Assembly (NCBI GenBank): GCA_951406725.2
Contig: OX597817.1
Location: 42,408,001-42,472,000 of the forward strand
Direction: 5' to 3'
DNA from: Octopus vulgaris
Taxonomy: Eukaryota
Length of the DNA: 64,000 nt
Shown here: positions 52,743 to 64,000 of the stretch, piece by piece
Layout of the letters: each line of letters begins with the position of its first letter
How positions within the stretch are numbered: the stretch's first letter is position 1
Program-made: the position numbers and the translations under genes
Notes under the pieces: model-generated
What the model saw: only the letters and a program-made list of their open reading frames with translations
The model's database searches: none
What the model was told of the DNA's origin: nothing

Positions 52743-52987
52743 ACTATTATGTGCCAGTTTGCAAGGCTGTTATATTCTATGAAATCACTGAAATTGTTTC
52801 CTAGTTCATATTTCTGCTCTGTCTTTTGTTTCATATGTACTTCCATGTTGATCATTATGATAATCTGTATCAAAAGTGTCATTGAGAGATTAAAAATTGT
52901 TAGAAAGAGCTCTCGTGGTTTGTTTACTATTAATGTTTCCATTGGTTCTTTGTTGGCTTGTTTTGGCTGTAAACGTTGACAAGATTG

Positions 52988-52990
<3 letters not shown>

Positions 52991-53019
<29 letters not shown>

Positions 53020-53280
53020 GTTTAACGTCCATTTTCCATGCTGGCATTGGGTTGGACAGTTCGGCTGAGGACTGGCAAGCCAGGAGGCTGCTCCAGGCTC
53101 CAATCTGATCTGGCAAGGTTTCTACAGCTGGATGCTCTTCCTAACACCAACCACTCCAAGAGTGTAGTGGGTGCTTTTTATTATGTACCACCGGCTCGTG
53201 GGCCACTCAGGTAGTACTGGCATTGACCATGTTTGAATGGTGCTTTTTACATGCCACTGGCATCAGAGCTGGTCAGGCAG
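52991..53280 (-). mobile_element. RTE 3'-end copy
   Basis: (cat)n cgtttaacgtccattttccatgctggcat... Confidence 0.8.
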
Positions 53281-53591
53281 GTAAAATAATTCAATATCTT
53301 TTGAAATCTAGAAATTTCATTAGATTACCCTTCCTTGAGTTTTCGCTTAAGTTATCCACTTAAATTCCCTTCTTAAAGACAGAGAAAATTACTTTAACCA
53401 CAGCAAGGGAGAGCTTGATTATGTTGGGTGAAAAAGATTGAAACAAGTGCTGGATGTGTTTATTCAAGCTTCCAATTCAAGGATTGATGAATTGATAGAA
53501 TGATGGAATGATATCACTAAAGGAAATATTTTAAAAACTATTCCTACAAAACTTAATTGCTGCCTCAAATGTTTTGCCATCCACACTTTTC

Positions 53592-54094
<503 letters not shown>

Positions 54095-54521
54095 TTTATC
54101 TTTTAACATTATGTAACTGGTGTCTCTATTGTAGAAATAATATTCAGTGAATTCAGATTGTCCACTCTTCTTCAGCACAGCATTTGTTTTAGCTTTTTGT
54201 TTCCACTGAATCAAATATTTTTGAAAGTAATGGATATAAGTACATTAAAATTTATTAAGATTTCAGTATTTGTTTCATATCTTACATAAACTTTTTCACA
54301 TACTACAAAAACTTATGTATGCAGTTTAACTAAGAACATATAGTATTCACTTAAAGCAATTTTAGACTTAACATAGTTGTTCACTGTCATAGCAATATAT
54401 AACAGCAATATATAATATCCACTATAATGTTATAATCTTAGCGGTATTTCGTCTACTGCTATGTTCTGAGTTCAAATTCACTGAGGTTGACTTTGCCTTT
54501 CATCCTTTCGGGGTCGATTAA

Positions 54522-54740
54522 CCCTTTAGCGTTCAGATTATTCTATTAAACATAATGCCTATTGATTCCCATTGATTTGTATTAATCATGCATTATCTCA
54601 TATCTTCAAGATCTTGATGGTGTAATTACTTAATGTAGAATAACATTGTAGGGTAGGTGTGAGAGCCTGGATCTGGTCAGTTTGAACATAAAACAGATTA
54701 GCTATTTTGGCCGGATATGGCTGGTTTAAATACTAAAGGG
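54522..54740. mobile_element. piggyBac-like MITE inserted at TTAA inside a SINE family C copy (54438-55030)
   Basis: ttaa-ccctttag...ctaaaggg-ttaa; removing it restores gggtcgattaaataagtacc. Confidence 0.88.
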
Positions 54741-56309
54741 TTAAATAAGTACCAGTTATGTACTGGGGTCGATATAATCGACTTAATCTGTTTGTCTGTC
54801 CTTGTTTGTCCTCTCTGTGTTTAGCCCCTTGTGGGTAGTAAAGAAATAGGTATGTCATCTGCGATTACATTCTGAGTTCAAATTCCGCTGAGGTCAACTT
54901 TGTCTTTTATCCTTTCAAAGTTGATTAAATAATTACCAGTTACGCACTAGGGTTGATGTAATCGACTTAATCCCTTCGTCTATCCTTGTTTGTTCCCTCT
55001 ATGTTTAGCGCTCTGTAAGCAATAAAGAAATAAATATTATAGTCTTCTGTCACTAATTTTGATAAACTCTAACTCCATAGTTTAGGATTGCTCTCTCACT
55101 CACTGTAAATGATAAACTAACTTGTGTTAATTGTATTTCTATGGAATTTAGATATTCAAAAGTTTTCATGATATATTTGATAGGCACAAATGTGGCTGTG
55201 TGGTAATAAACTAGCTTCCCAACCGTTCCCAATATGTTATGAGTTCAAATTCCGCTGAGGTCGACTTCGTCTTTTATCCCTGGGATTAATGTATTCGACT
55301 TAATCCCTTTGTCTGTTCTTGTTTGTCCCCTCCGTGTTTAGCCCCTTGTGGGCAATAAAGAAATAAGAAATAAGAAACTAGCTTCCCAACCACATGGTAC
55401 CAGGTTCATTTCCAGAGTCTGACACTTTGAGCAATTGTCTTCTACTATAGCCTCAAGTTCAACCAAAGCTTTGTGAGTGGACATGGTAGATGGAAACTGA
55501 AAGAAGCTCACTATATATGTATGTATATGTGTATATCTTTGTGTCAGTGTTTGTTCCCCTTTACTGCTTGACAAACTGTGTTGGTGTGTTTGCATCCCGG
55601 TAACTTAACAGTTTGACAAAGGCGACTGATAGAATAAGTACCAGACTTTAAAAAAATACTGGTGCTGGTTCATTCAACTAAAGTTCATTAGGTGGTGCCC
55701 CAGTATGACCACAGACTAATGACTGAAACAAGTAAAAGATAAAAAAAAATAGCACTTATTTGGGCTTTGAGCAACCCATTGCCAGGTCCTGGTGCTAGGA
55801 ACTTGGCTTTGAAACATTCTAAGTTGGTACTCTGATTTGCAATAATTCTAAGCCAAAGTTTCACAAAAGTAACAGCCATAATTTTTTTCAATATTTTCTT
55901 CAGTTTAAATACATCAGTATTTCATAATAATATTTCTGAATTATTAACAATTATTAATAATTAAAGAGGAAATGAGTAAAAATGAAAGAAGCACTTATAA
56001 ATTCAAACTAGAAAAAAATATTTAAATTTGAAGTAAATACACTAAATTTTCGATTATATAAAATAAAATTAAAATTCTTTAAAAGCGAATCAAATAATTA
56101 AGAATTATTTTTCATTTTAAAAATCAGACTTAAGGAGAACAAAGACTATTCAGTGAATTTTCTGATAAATTTAATCTCTAGTGGAAAAAAGATGTCTGGC
56201 AATTATGTAAAATATGAAGAATTTCTTACCTTTCATTAAAACTTAAATTCATGGACAGAACAGTGTCTTGCTGAAATAACTTTGGCATCAGACAGGTGAA
56301 TAATGATTT

Positions 56310-56612
56310 GTGGAGGCGCAATGGCCCAGTGGTTAGGGCAGCAGACTCACGGTCGGAGGATCGTGGTTTTGATTCCCAGACCGGGCATTGTGTGTGTTTA
56401 TTGAGCAAAAACACCTGAAGCCCCATGAGGCTCCGACAGGGGGTGGTGGCAACCCCTGTTGTACTCTTTTGCCCCAACTTTCTCTCACTCGCTCTTCCTG
56501 TTTCTTAAGTATTGCTACAATGGATAGGTGTCCTGTCCAGCTGGGGGGAACACATACGCCACAGAAACTGGGAAACCAGGCCCATGAGCCTGGCTAGGCT
56601 TGGAAAGGGCAA
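56310..56612 (+). mobile_element. SINE family B copy
   Basis: gtggaggcgcaatggcccagtggttagggcagc head. Confidence 0.82.
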
Positions 56613-56743
56613 GAAGAAGAAAAATAATGATTTGGGTTTTGAGTATGGCAACATATGTGTGAGAGAGTTTGTGCATATGTTTTATAAGCAAAGCCTCTCA
56701 AAGACATGAATAAAAACAATGTACTAATGATACAAATAATAAA

Positions 56744-56822
<79 letters not shown>

Positions 56823-57822
56823 GAAAAAGCAAGGTACAAACTACTGGGTCATATTTGCTGCTAGTGACATCAAAGTCAAGCTCATATCTTACAAGTGCAC
56901 AAGGCCTCGAAATTTGGAATTTGATGAAAAGTTAATTAAACCGACTCCAGCACTTGAACAGAACGGGGGTCATTTTTGGGTCTTTTTTTTGCCGTTGTTG
57001 CTTCTTAGTTAAGGGAGAGCAGCACACATAACTATTCAGAATACCCAAGGCTTGTAGGAGGAATGTAAGACCAAAAACATAGTTTGAATGCTTGTAATCA
57101 TCATCATCGTCATCATCGTCGTCCTTGTCATCGCCATCGTTGTCGTCATCATCATCATCATTTACTGTTCATTTTCCATGCTAGCATGGGTTGGATGGTT
57201 CAACAGGAGCTGGTCAGCTGGAGAGCTGCTCAGTTTTCATTTTATCTGTTTTGGCATGGTTTCTATGGCTGGATGTCCTTCCTAATGCGAACCAGATTAC
57301 AGAGTGGATTGCATGCTTTTTACATGGCACCAGCATTGACAAAGTCAAATCAGCAAAAGGCATCCATGTTTCAGGAGAGTTGTTATAAACTAGATGACGG
57401 ATTAAGTATCATCATCATCGTCACCATCCTCATCGTCGTCTGCATCATTATCATCATTTAGTGTCCACTATTCCATACTTGTATGGGTCAGACAGAACTT
57501 GTTGAGGTAGATTTTCTATGCCTGGATGCTCTTCTTGCTGCCAACCCTCATCTGTGTCCAGGTAATGTAATATTTCTCATGCCCAGACATGATTTTCCAT
57601 AGAAGACTAGAAATTAATGATATCACTTGTACGATGCTGATACTCAGTTACAATCATCACAGACATCAGGACAATGACACACACATACATACACATACAC
57701 ACTTATACATGCATACATACATACATACATATAGGGAGAATTCACAAAAAATCTAAAGACGAAGACAGGTGGTGTAGACAACAAACAGATATATTAGTAT
57801 AATGCTCGGGAAGTGAAAAAGT

Positions 57823-57858
57823 CTTTAACATTTCGAGCTTATGCTCTTCGACAGAAAG
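57823..57858 (-). ncRNA. Hammerhead-like fold with variant core
   Basis: cttt-ctgtcga-a-gagc ataa gctc-GAAA-t-GTT-aaag. Confidence 0.45.
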
Positions 57859-58436
57859 GAACACAGAAAGAAACAGGGAGAGAAAATAAAGGAAGTGCAG
57901 TGGCTAGCAATCTATCACGGCGAATAAATATATCAGACATACATATATGTGTGTTTATGTGTGTGTGTGACAGGCTTCTTTCACTTTCCATCTACCAAAT
58001 CTACTCATAAATGATTCAGCTCAGAGCTATGGTAGAAAACACTTGCTCAAGGTGCTGTGCAGTGGGACTGAACCCAAAGCAACATAGTCAGGAAGCAAGC
58101 TTTTTAACCTAACAGCCATGCCTGCATCCATAATTCCAAACTGTACCCAGAATGAGGACTAGCAAAAGTTGACCATAGTGAGATTTGAACTTGAAATTTA
58201 AAGGAATACTGTAATCACTCACCATATCATGCCCTCAGTACATTGCAGATTTTTCTGGCTAATATATGTAAATTTATATTGCAGACTCCTCAGTATATTG
58301 TAGGTTTCTGCAGCCAATAGGTATTTTTATTTTTTCAGATTTTAATTATTTCTGTGGTAAAATAAACCTTTCCATGCCTAAAATTAGTAAATTAATGAAT
58401 AAAAATACAGTACAGTACTGCACTCTATAATACATT

Positions 58437-58836
58437 ACTCGTTTACTCTTTTATTTGTTTCAGTCATTTGACTGTGGCCATGCTTGAGCACCGCCTTTAG
58501 TCAAGCAACTCGACCCCAGGACTTATTCTTTGTAAGCCTAGTACTTATTCTATCAGTCTCTTTTGCCGAACTGCTAAGTTACGCAGACATAAACACACCA
58601 GCATCGATTGTCAAGCGATGGTGGGGTGACAAACACAGACACACATATACATATATATATATATACATATATATGACGGGCTTCTTTCAGTTTCAGTCTA
58701 CCAAATCCACTCACAAGGCTTTGATCAGCCCAAGGCTATAGTAGAAGACACTTGCCCATGTGCTACGCAGTGGGACTTAACCCGGAACCATGTGGTTCGT
58801 AAGCAAGCTACTTACCACACAGCCAATCCTACGCCT
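58437..58836 (-). mobile_element. SINE family A copy
   Basis: Complete head, core and tail on the minus strand. Confidence 0.85.
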
Positions 58837-60940
58837 ACATTAACTAAAATATATCAAAAACAAATACGTAGTGTACCATAGATGTGTAAACAAAGAATCA
58901 CACATATTGTATATACATAAATATATACAAATTATAAAAATAATAGGAAAAAATATACAGTACAGTATTGTTTCTACATCATGGATTTTCACCTATCATG
59001 CGGACTTTTGGAACGTAACACCTGTGATTGACAAAGGATTACTGTATAACTAAATACTTCAAGTTTGTTCATTTATTTTCTAGCTCTCTACCAATTCTGA
59101 TAAACCACCTCCAGCATCATTTGTTTGATTGTTATTCAAATAAATGGATGAATTAATAGTTATAATGGAGTAGTACAACTCAAAATGCCTTACAGTAATC
59201 AATTCTGTCTTTCTTGGTTCTGAGTTCAAATCCCACAAGAGTTAACTTCACCTTTCATCCCTCTGTGGTCAATAAAATATGTACCAATATCAATAATACT
59301 GACAACAATTTAGCTGATCATACCCGCTCTTTTATAAAGTTTGGCTCTGTGTCTGCTTAATCAAAATAAATCAATATTTCAATATCTAATCTATTTACTC
59401 CTGTATTTATATATCAGAATATTATCCCCAAGGAACATCTTTGAAGTTCGATGATAGATTATCTCTCATAGGCTGAAACTATAATCTGCAACAATATGTC
59501 ACATCGACTAAAATTCAAATCAAAGAACAATATTCAAGCCAAGTGACATTTTCTTCATATTTATTGGAATAAATAAGCCATTATAAGCAAGGATTTACCA
59601 CATTGAGACACATAGAGAAATTTGCACAACAGATGTGTAGTCTATAGAATCAGCCCCAGTACATAACTAGTAAATATGTATTCTTTTCTACTCTAGGCAC
59701 AAGGCCTGAAATTTTGGTGGAGGGGGCTAGTCAATTAGATCGACCCCAGTATGCAACTGGTACTTAATTTATTGGCCCCGAAAGGATGAAAAGCAAAGTT
59801 CACAAATTACAAAATCTTTTCTATTCTAGGCACAAGGCTCGAAATTTTGGGAGAGGGGCCAGTCGAGTAGATCGACCCCAGTAGTGGTGATAGTGATGGT
59901 GATGATGATGACAATGACAATGATGACAGTGACGATGACAGTGGTGATAACAATGACAACAATGATGATGATGACGACGACAACAGTGAGAGAGTGTGAT
60001 TTGAGGGAGCCAGCAGCTATTTCTAGCAGGTTGACATTCTGACTGATTCCTTGGGGAACCATTTTGTTTTCATTAAATCTGTCTAAAACAATGGCTCTTA
60101 GCTAATGGCTCTTGGACCTCTAGTGATCCATGACTGAATGTTCTATGGTTCACCGAATAATCAACTAAATTAGTATTATTTTGTTTTTTTGTTCTTAAAG
60201 GGCAGTAAATTCATACCAGATTTTCTTAGTGAAGTTTATTGGTAGTCACTTTGCTATGTTAAAGATTGTAAATGTTAATACAGGTGGTAATTTCTGAGAT
60301 TTAAAATATTAATTTTATTAAATATTGATTACTGCTTTAATTAATTAAAATAATCATTTATAAATGCAAATCTTATATGTAGAAAATTAATTTTAAATTG
60401 CTGTAAAAGCAGCTATATTTGATTCTCTTGATACCAACCCACCTGAGACAGTCCTTTGGTTCTATGATACAAGCATTATTTTCTAAAGGAACTAAATTAA
60501 AACCTTTCATCACAATTTCATGTTAATTTATGTTCCAGACACCTTGTTTATTATGACAAAGTTTTTTACTAAATTTTTCATTATTTTCAAAATGAATTGG
60601 GATAAAAGTATTGTATTTCAACATAAATGTGGTAACAAAAGGGTTAAAAATTAAATTTAGATTAAGAAAATAAAGGGAGCTTTGAGTCCATAAAATTAAT
60701 AAAATCTCAGACATTGTAGCCCGGTGAAAATACTCAGGTGAATAGATTTAATTAGGAATTACTTACCATGAAAACAAGGGCGTGGATCTGCCTTTGGATG
60801 CTTGTTAATGGCTTAAATATTGCTTAATTGAGACTTTAATTATAGAAGTGTCATGCAAATAGAAGACAACTTTGCCTCAGCCCATGAGCATATAGCATAA
60901 TGTTTAAGAGCACGGGCTATTCTAGGCAGCGCCTTGAATA

Positions 60941-61007
<67 letters not shown>

Positions 61008-61064
61008 TCAGCAAAAAAATACCTTAGCAATGAGAACCCAGGGTTGGGTTCAAAATCCTTTCAG

Positions 61065-61110
61065 GACACCTGATGAAGGTTGGAGAGTAAATCAACCAAA
61101 ACATTGTGGT
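61065..61110 (+). ncRNA. Degenerate minimal type I hammerhead in a short element next to (AAT)n
   Basis: gacac-CTGATGA-a-ggttg gagagtaaat caacc-aAAAC-att-gtggt; two G-to-A changes at inferred CpGs. Confidence 0.55.
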
Positions 61111-61421
61111 AACAACAAATAAAATGAGGACACATGTCCATCTAATGTAAATAATGTACAGAATTCTTCATCTCAAAAATATTGAACAGTAGAATCAATG
61201 CTATCTTATAACAAAAAAAAAAGGACATATTAAACAGTTTAATCAGGGCTGATCTGGGGCCAAATAACAATAATAGCAGCCTTTTAATGACCAACTGAAT
61301 ATATATCAGAGCTTAGTCCTTGTTGTTGAATCAGTGGAAGAATTAGAGGATAAGCCCTGCAAGGCTTAAAAGCCAACCTAACCAGGGCATAAGTTTTAGT
61401 TGGTTATCAGAGAAGTGCTCA

Positions 61422-61425
<4 letters not shown>

Positions 61426-61462
<37 letters not shown>

Positions 61463-61655
61463 GTTTAACGTCCGTTTTCCAAGCTAGCATGGGTTGGAAG
61501 ATTTGACTGAGGTCTGGCTGACCAGATGGCTGCACCAGACTCCAATCTGATCTGGCAGAGTTTCTACAGCTAGATGCCCTTCCTAACGCCAACCACTCCG
61601 AGAGTGAATGGGGTGCTTTTACGTGCCACCGGCACGAGGGCCAGTCAGGCAGTAC
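61426..61655 (-). mobile_element. RTE 3'-end copy
   Basis: (cat)n cgtttaacgtccgttttcc... Confidence 0.8.
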
Positions 61656-61929
61656 AAGGAAATGAATATGTAGGAACAGTATTCTGTGTATCCAATGTAA
61701 AGGAAAGAAGATTTCATATGTAACAGAGGCACATAAAGAGTCACAAACTCATAACAGCACTCTTGAAATTAAATCTTTCAGAAGCTATCAGCAGCTCCTG
61801 GTGAGCCCAGGTGTCTCCTATAAGCAGTTGATAGTTTTTGTTGGTTGTTCTAATCAGCAGTGGAGATAAGTGTTGTGAAGACATAATGGCCAGAGTAAGG
61901 ACAAAGTTTGTAATGTTCAGAGAATTATC

Positions 61930-62285
61930 AACTCTATCAAATGGAAATTGCAGTTGTGACACCTGTGCCAGTGGCACGTAAAAAGCACCATCCGAACGTA
62001 GCCGATGCCAGCGCCGCCTTGACTGGCTTCTGTGCCTGTGACACGTAAAAAGCACCAACTGATCGTAGCCACTGCCAGCCTCCCCTGGCACCTGTGCCAG
62101 TGGCACGTAAAAAGCACCCACTCCACTCATGGAGTGGTTGGCATTAGGAAGGGCATCTAGCTGTAGAAACACTGCCAGATCAGACTAGAGCCTGGTGCAG
62201 CCTCCTGGCTTCCCAGACCCCAGTTGAGCCGTTCAACCCATGCTAGCATGGAAAACGGTTGTTAAACGATGATGATGATGATGAT
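61930..62285 (+). mobile_element. RTE 3'-end copy
   Basis: 60 bp units, ccatgctagcatgg and (GAT)n tail. Confidence 0.82.
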
Positions 62286-62829
62286 TTTTGTTTCTGTGAC
62301 GCTCGCGTAGAAAGTGTAATATCAAATGGTAGCAAAACATGGGCATTGAAGGCTTGAATGAAATTAAATGGCATGGTCCACTGGAGGACCATCTTGTGCT
62401 TTTCCCTTGCTTAAGCAGCCTATCTCCTCAAATTGTTTCATCCACCTTGTGGTGTTGTAACAATAGGGTGCTTCCTTGTCAAAGCTGACATGAAAATATC
62501 TCTGGACAGTGGCTACTGATAAAGCTTTTGCTTATTCAAGTACACAATATGCTCTCTCACTGATGCTGCCATACTGAATAACAGCACCCCTAGTGAGCAA
62601 TTCAGAAAAGGCAAGATAACTGTGTTGCCAAACAAAACCTGGAAAGTTAACCTTTCATGTTACATCTGTATTGTTGCAATATACTCATTAAAGCACTCAC
62701 AGGTGTGTTTTCATTTTGTACCATTCATTATGAATTACATTGTATTATGTTAACATGTTTGAATGAGAAAATGCAGATGGTCTGAGGGCAAACACAAGCA
62801 TCAAAAGAATCTGTTGTAATATGTAATGT

Positions 62830-63170
62830 CATCATCATCATCATCATCCAGTGTTTTAAATCCGGGTTTTGTCCCCGTTAACAGGGGTAGCCGGATATAT
62901 CTCAATGCCATAGCATCTGAGGTAGGCTGTGCAACCCACCCTAACCTTTGAGCTGGCTGGTGCCCATTCTCCTTTGCTATCATGAGGCTTTTTTGGAGAT
63001 GGATTTTCTACAGGGAGCATGCCCTTGCTTACCCACAACCTCAGTTTCTAGACATGAGTAGTCCAATGACCAAGGCCTCTACCACGATTTTTAAGAAATG
63101 TGGTGGAAAACTAGCTCAGGAAGGCAGGGACGCTACTCCCTGAGACCCCTTTCAGAGACACCCCTATCTA
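62830..63170 (-). mobile_element. Second copy of the 5105-5424 repeat
   Basis: Reverse-complement colinearity (ttttaaatccggg, aacctttgagctggctggtgc, tctagacatgagtagtcc). Confidence 0.65.
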
Positions 63171-64000
63171 ACATGTGATGTAAAATTTGATTTTTGAGTA
63201 AGAAGTATCACAAGGCCAAATTTGACTGAAGCCTGCAAAAAGGGAAGACGAAAGATGTGGAGAGAAATTTTGAAGGCTGATCTCAGGAAACTAGACAAAC
63301 TAGACCTCACAAAAGGTGTGAAAAAAAATTATAACAAGTGATAAGACCAAGCCATTCTAATCCACAGCAGCATGGAAAATCATGTGTAAAAGGTAATATA
63401 ATGATGAGGCTGTTTTCAGCATTGTAAATCATTAAGCTAGATGTGAATTTCCAGTTACTTCATCAATCTACAACTGCATCGTCTTCTCACTGGTCTTATT
63501 TCTCATTTCTGTCACCAAGTAAACAGGAGTGGAAACATGTTTGTCTAAATTCAAATCTATATCTGACAAATCATTCCGATATTTCTCTAAGCAACATTAT
63601 TGCAGACATAATAATTACCATTAAATGTTCTTAAAGAATAACATATTCTGGCATTTAATTGACACAGGAGCAGAGAAGATGATTGATTTTTTTTTAAAAG
63701 CATTTACACACTTCCTATAAATAGATTCTATAATGCAGAACTAGAAAGGAGACACTGATGTAGTTACCTGACACCTATTCTTGGAAGGTATAGTTGTCTA
63801 GTTTGATACAACCATTAAAACAAAGACCATGCTGGAGCAATATCCTCATTATATGTCAGTGTGAAATATAAGATATTTAAGAGAATGATAAACAAGAATT
63901 GGGATTTCTCTTCCTTTCTTAAAGGCATTAGCAACATAAAAGAATCTAATTATAATTTTTCCAAGTGTTACTTTCATCTGCAAAGATGAAAAGTCTTCTA

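Overview
AT-rich, microsatellite-saturated eukaryotic DNA whose repeat complement (tRNA-headed SINEs, an RTE LINE with (GAT)n tails, long (TA)n, (CA)n and (AAT)n tracts) looks like an Octopus/coleoid intronic or intergenic region; the organism call is inferred. No host protein-coding gene can be supported: almost all listed ORFs are microsatellite or SINE translations, and I see only two weak candidate minus-strand exons. Recognisable content: a full-length decayed mariner (16950-18228); a 5'-truncated RTE LINE with an open RT ORF carrying a PHD-type finger inserted in the RT (24475-26288), plus many 3'-end copies; two Penelope-like (GIY-YIG) fragments; CR1-group and second-RTE relics; hAT and piggyBac-type MITEs with TSDs; three SINE families; and several minisatellites. 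Most notable are (1) two independent U6 snRNA copies whose 3' end joins the 5' head of the same SINE family (33191-33272 and 38358-38396), (2) a set of Penelope-derived foldback/short elements carrying minimal type I hammerhead-ribozyme folds in at least three sequence families, (3) the PHD finger inside the RT, and (4) an old ~230 bp inverted duplication that could form dsRNA. All alignments were done by eye.
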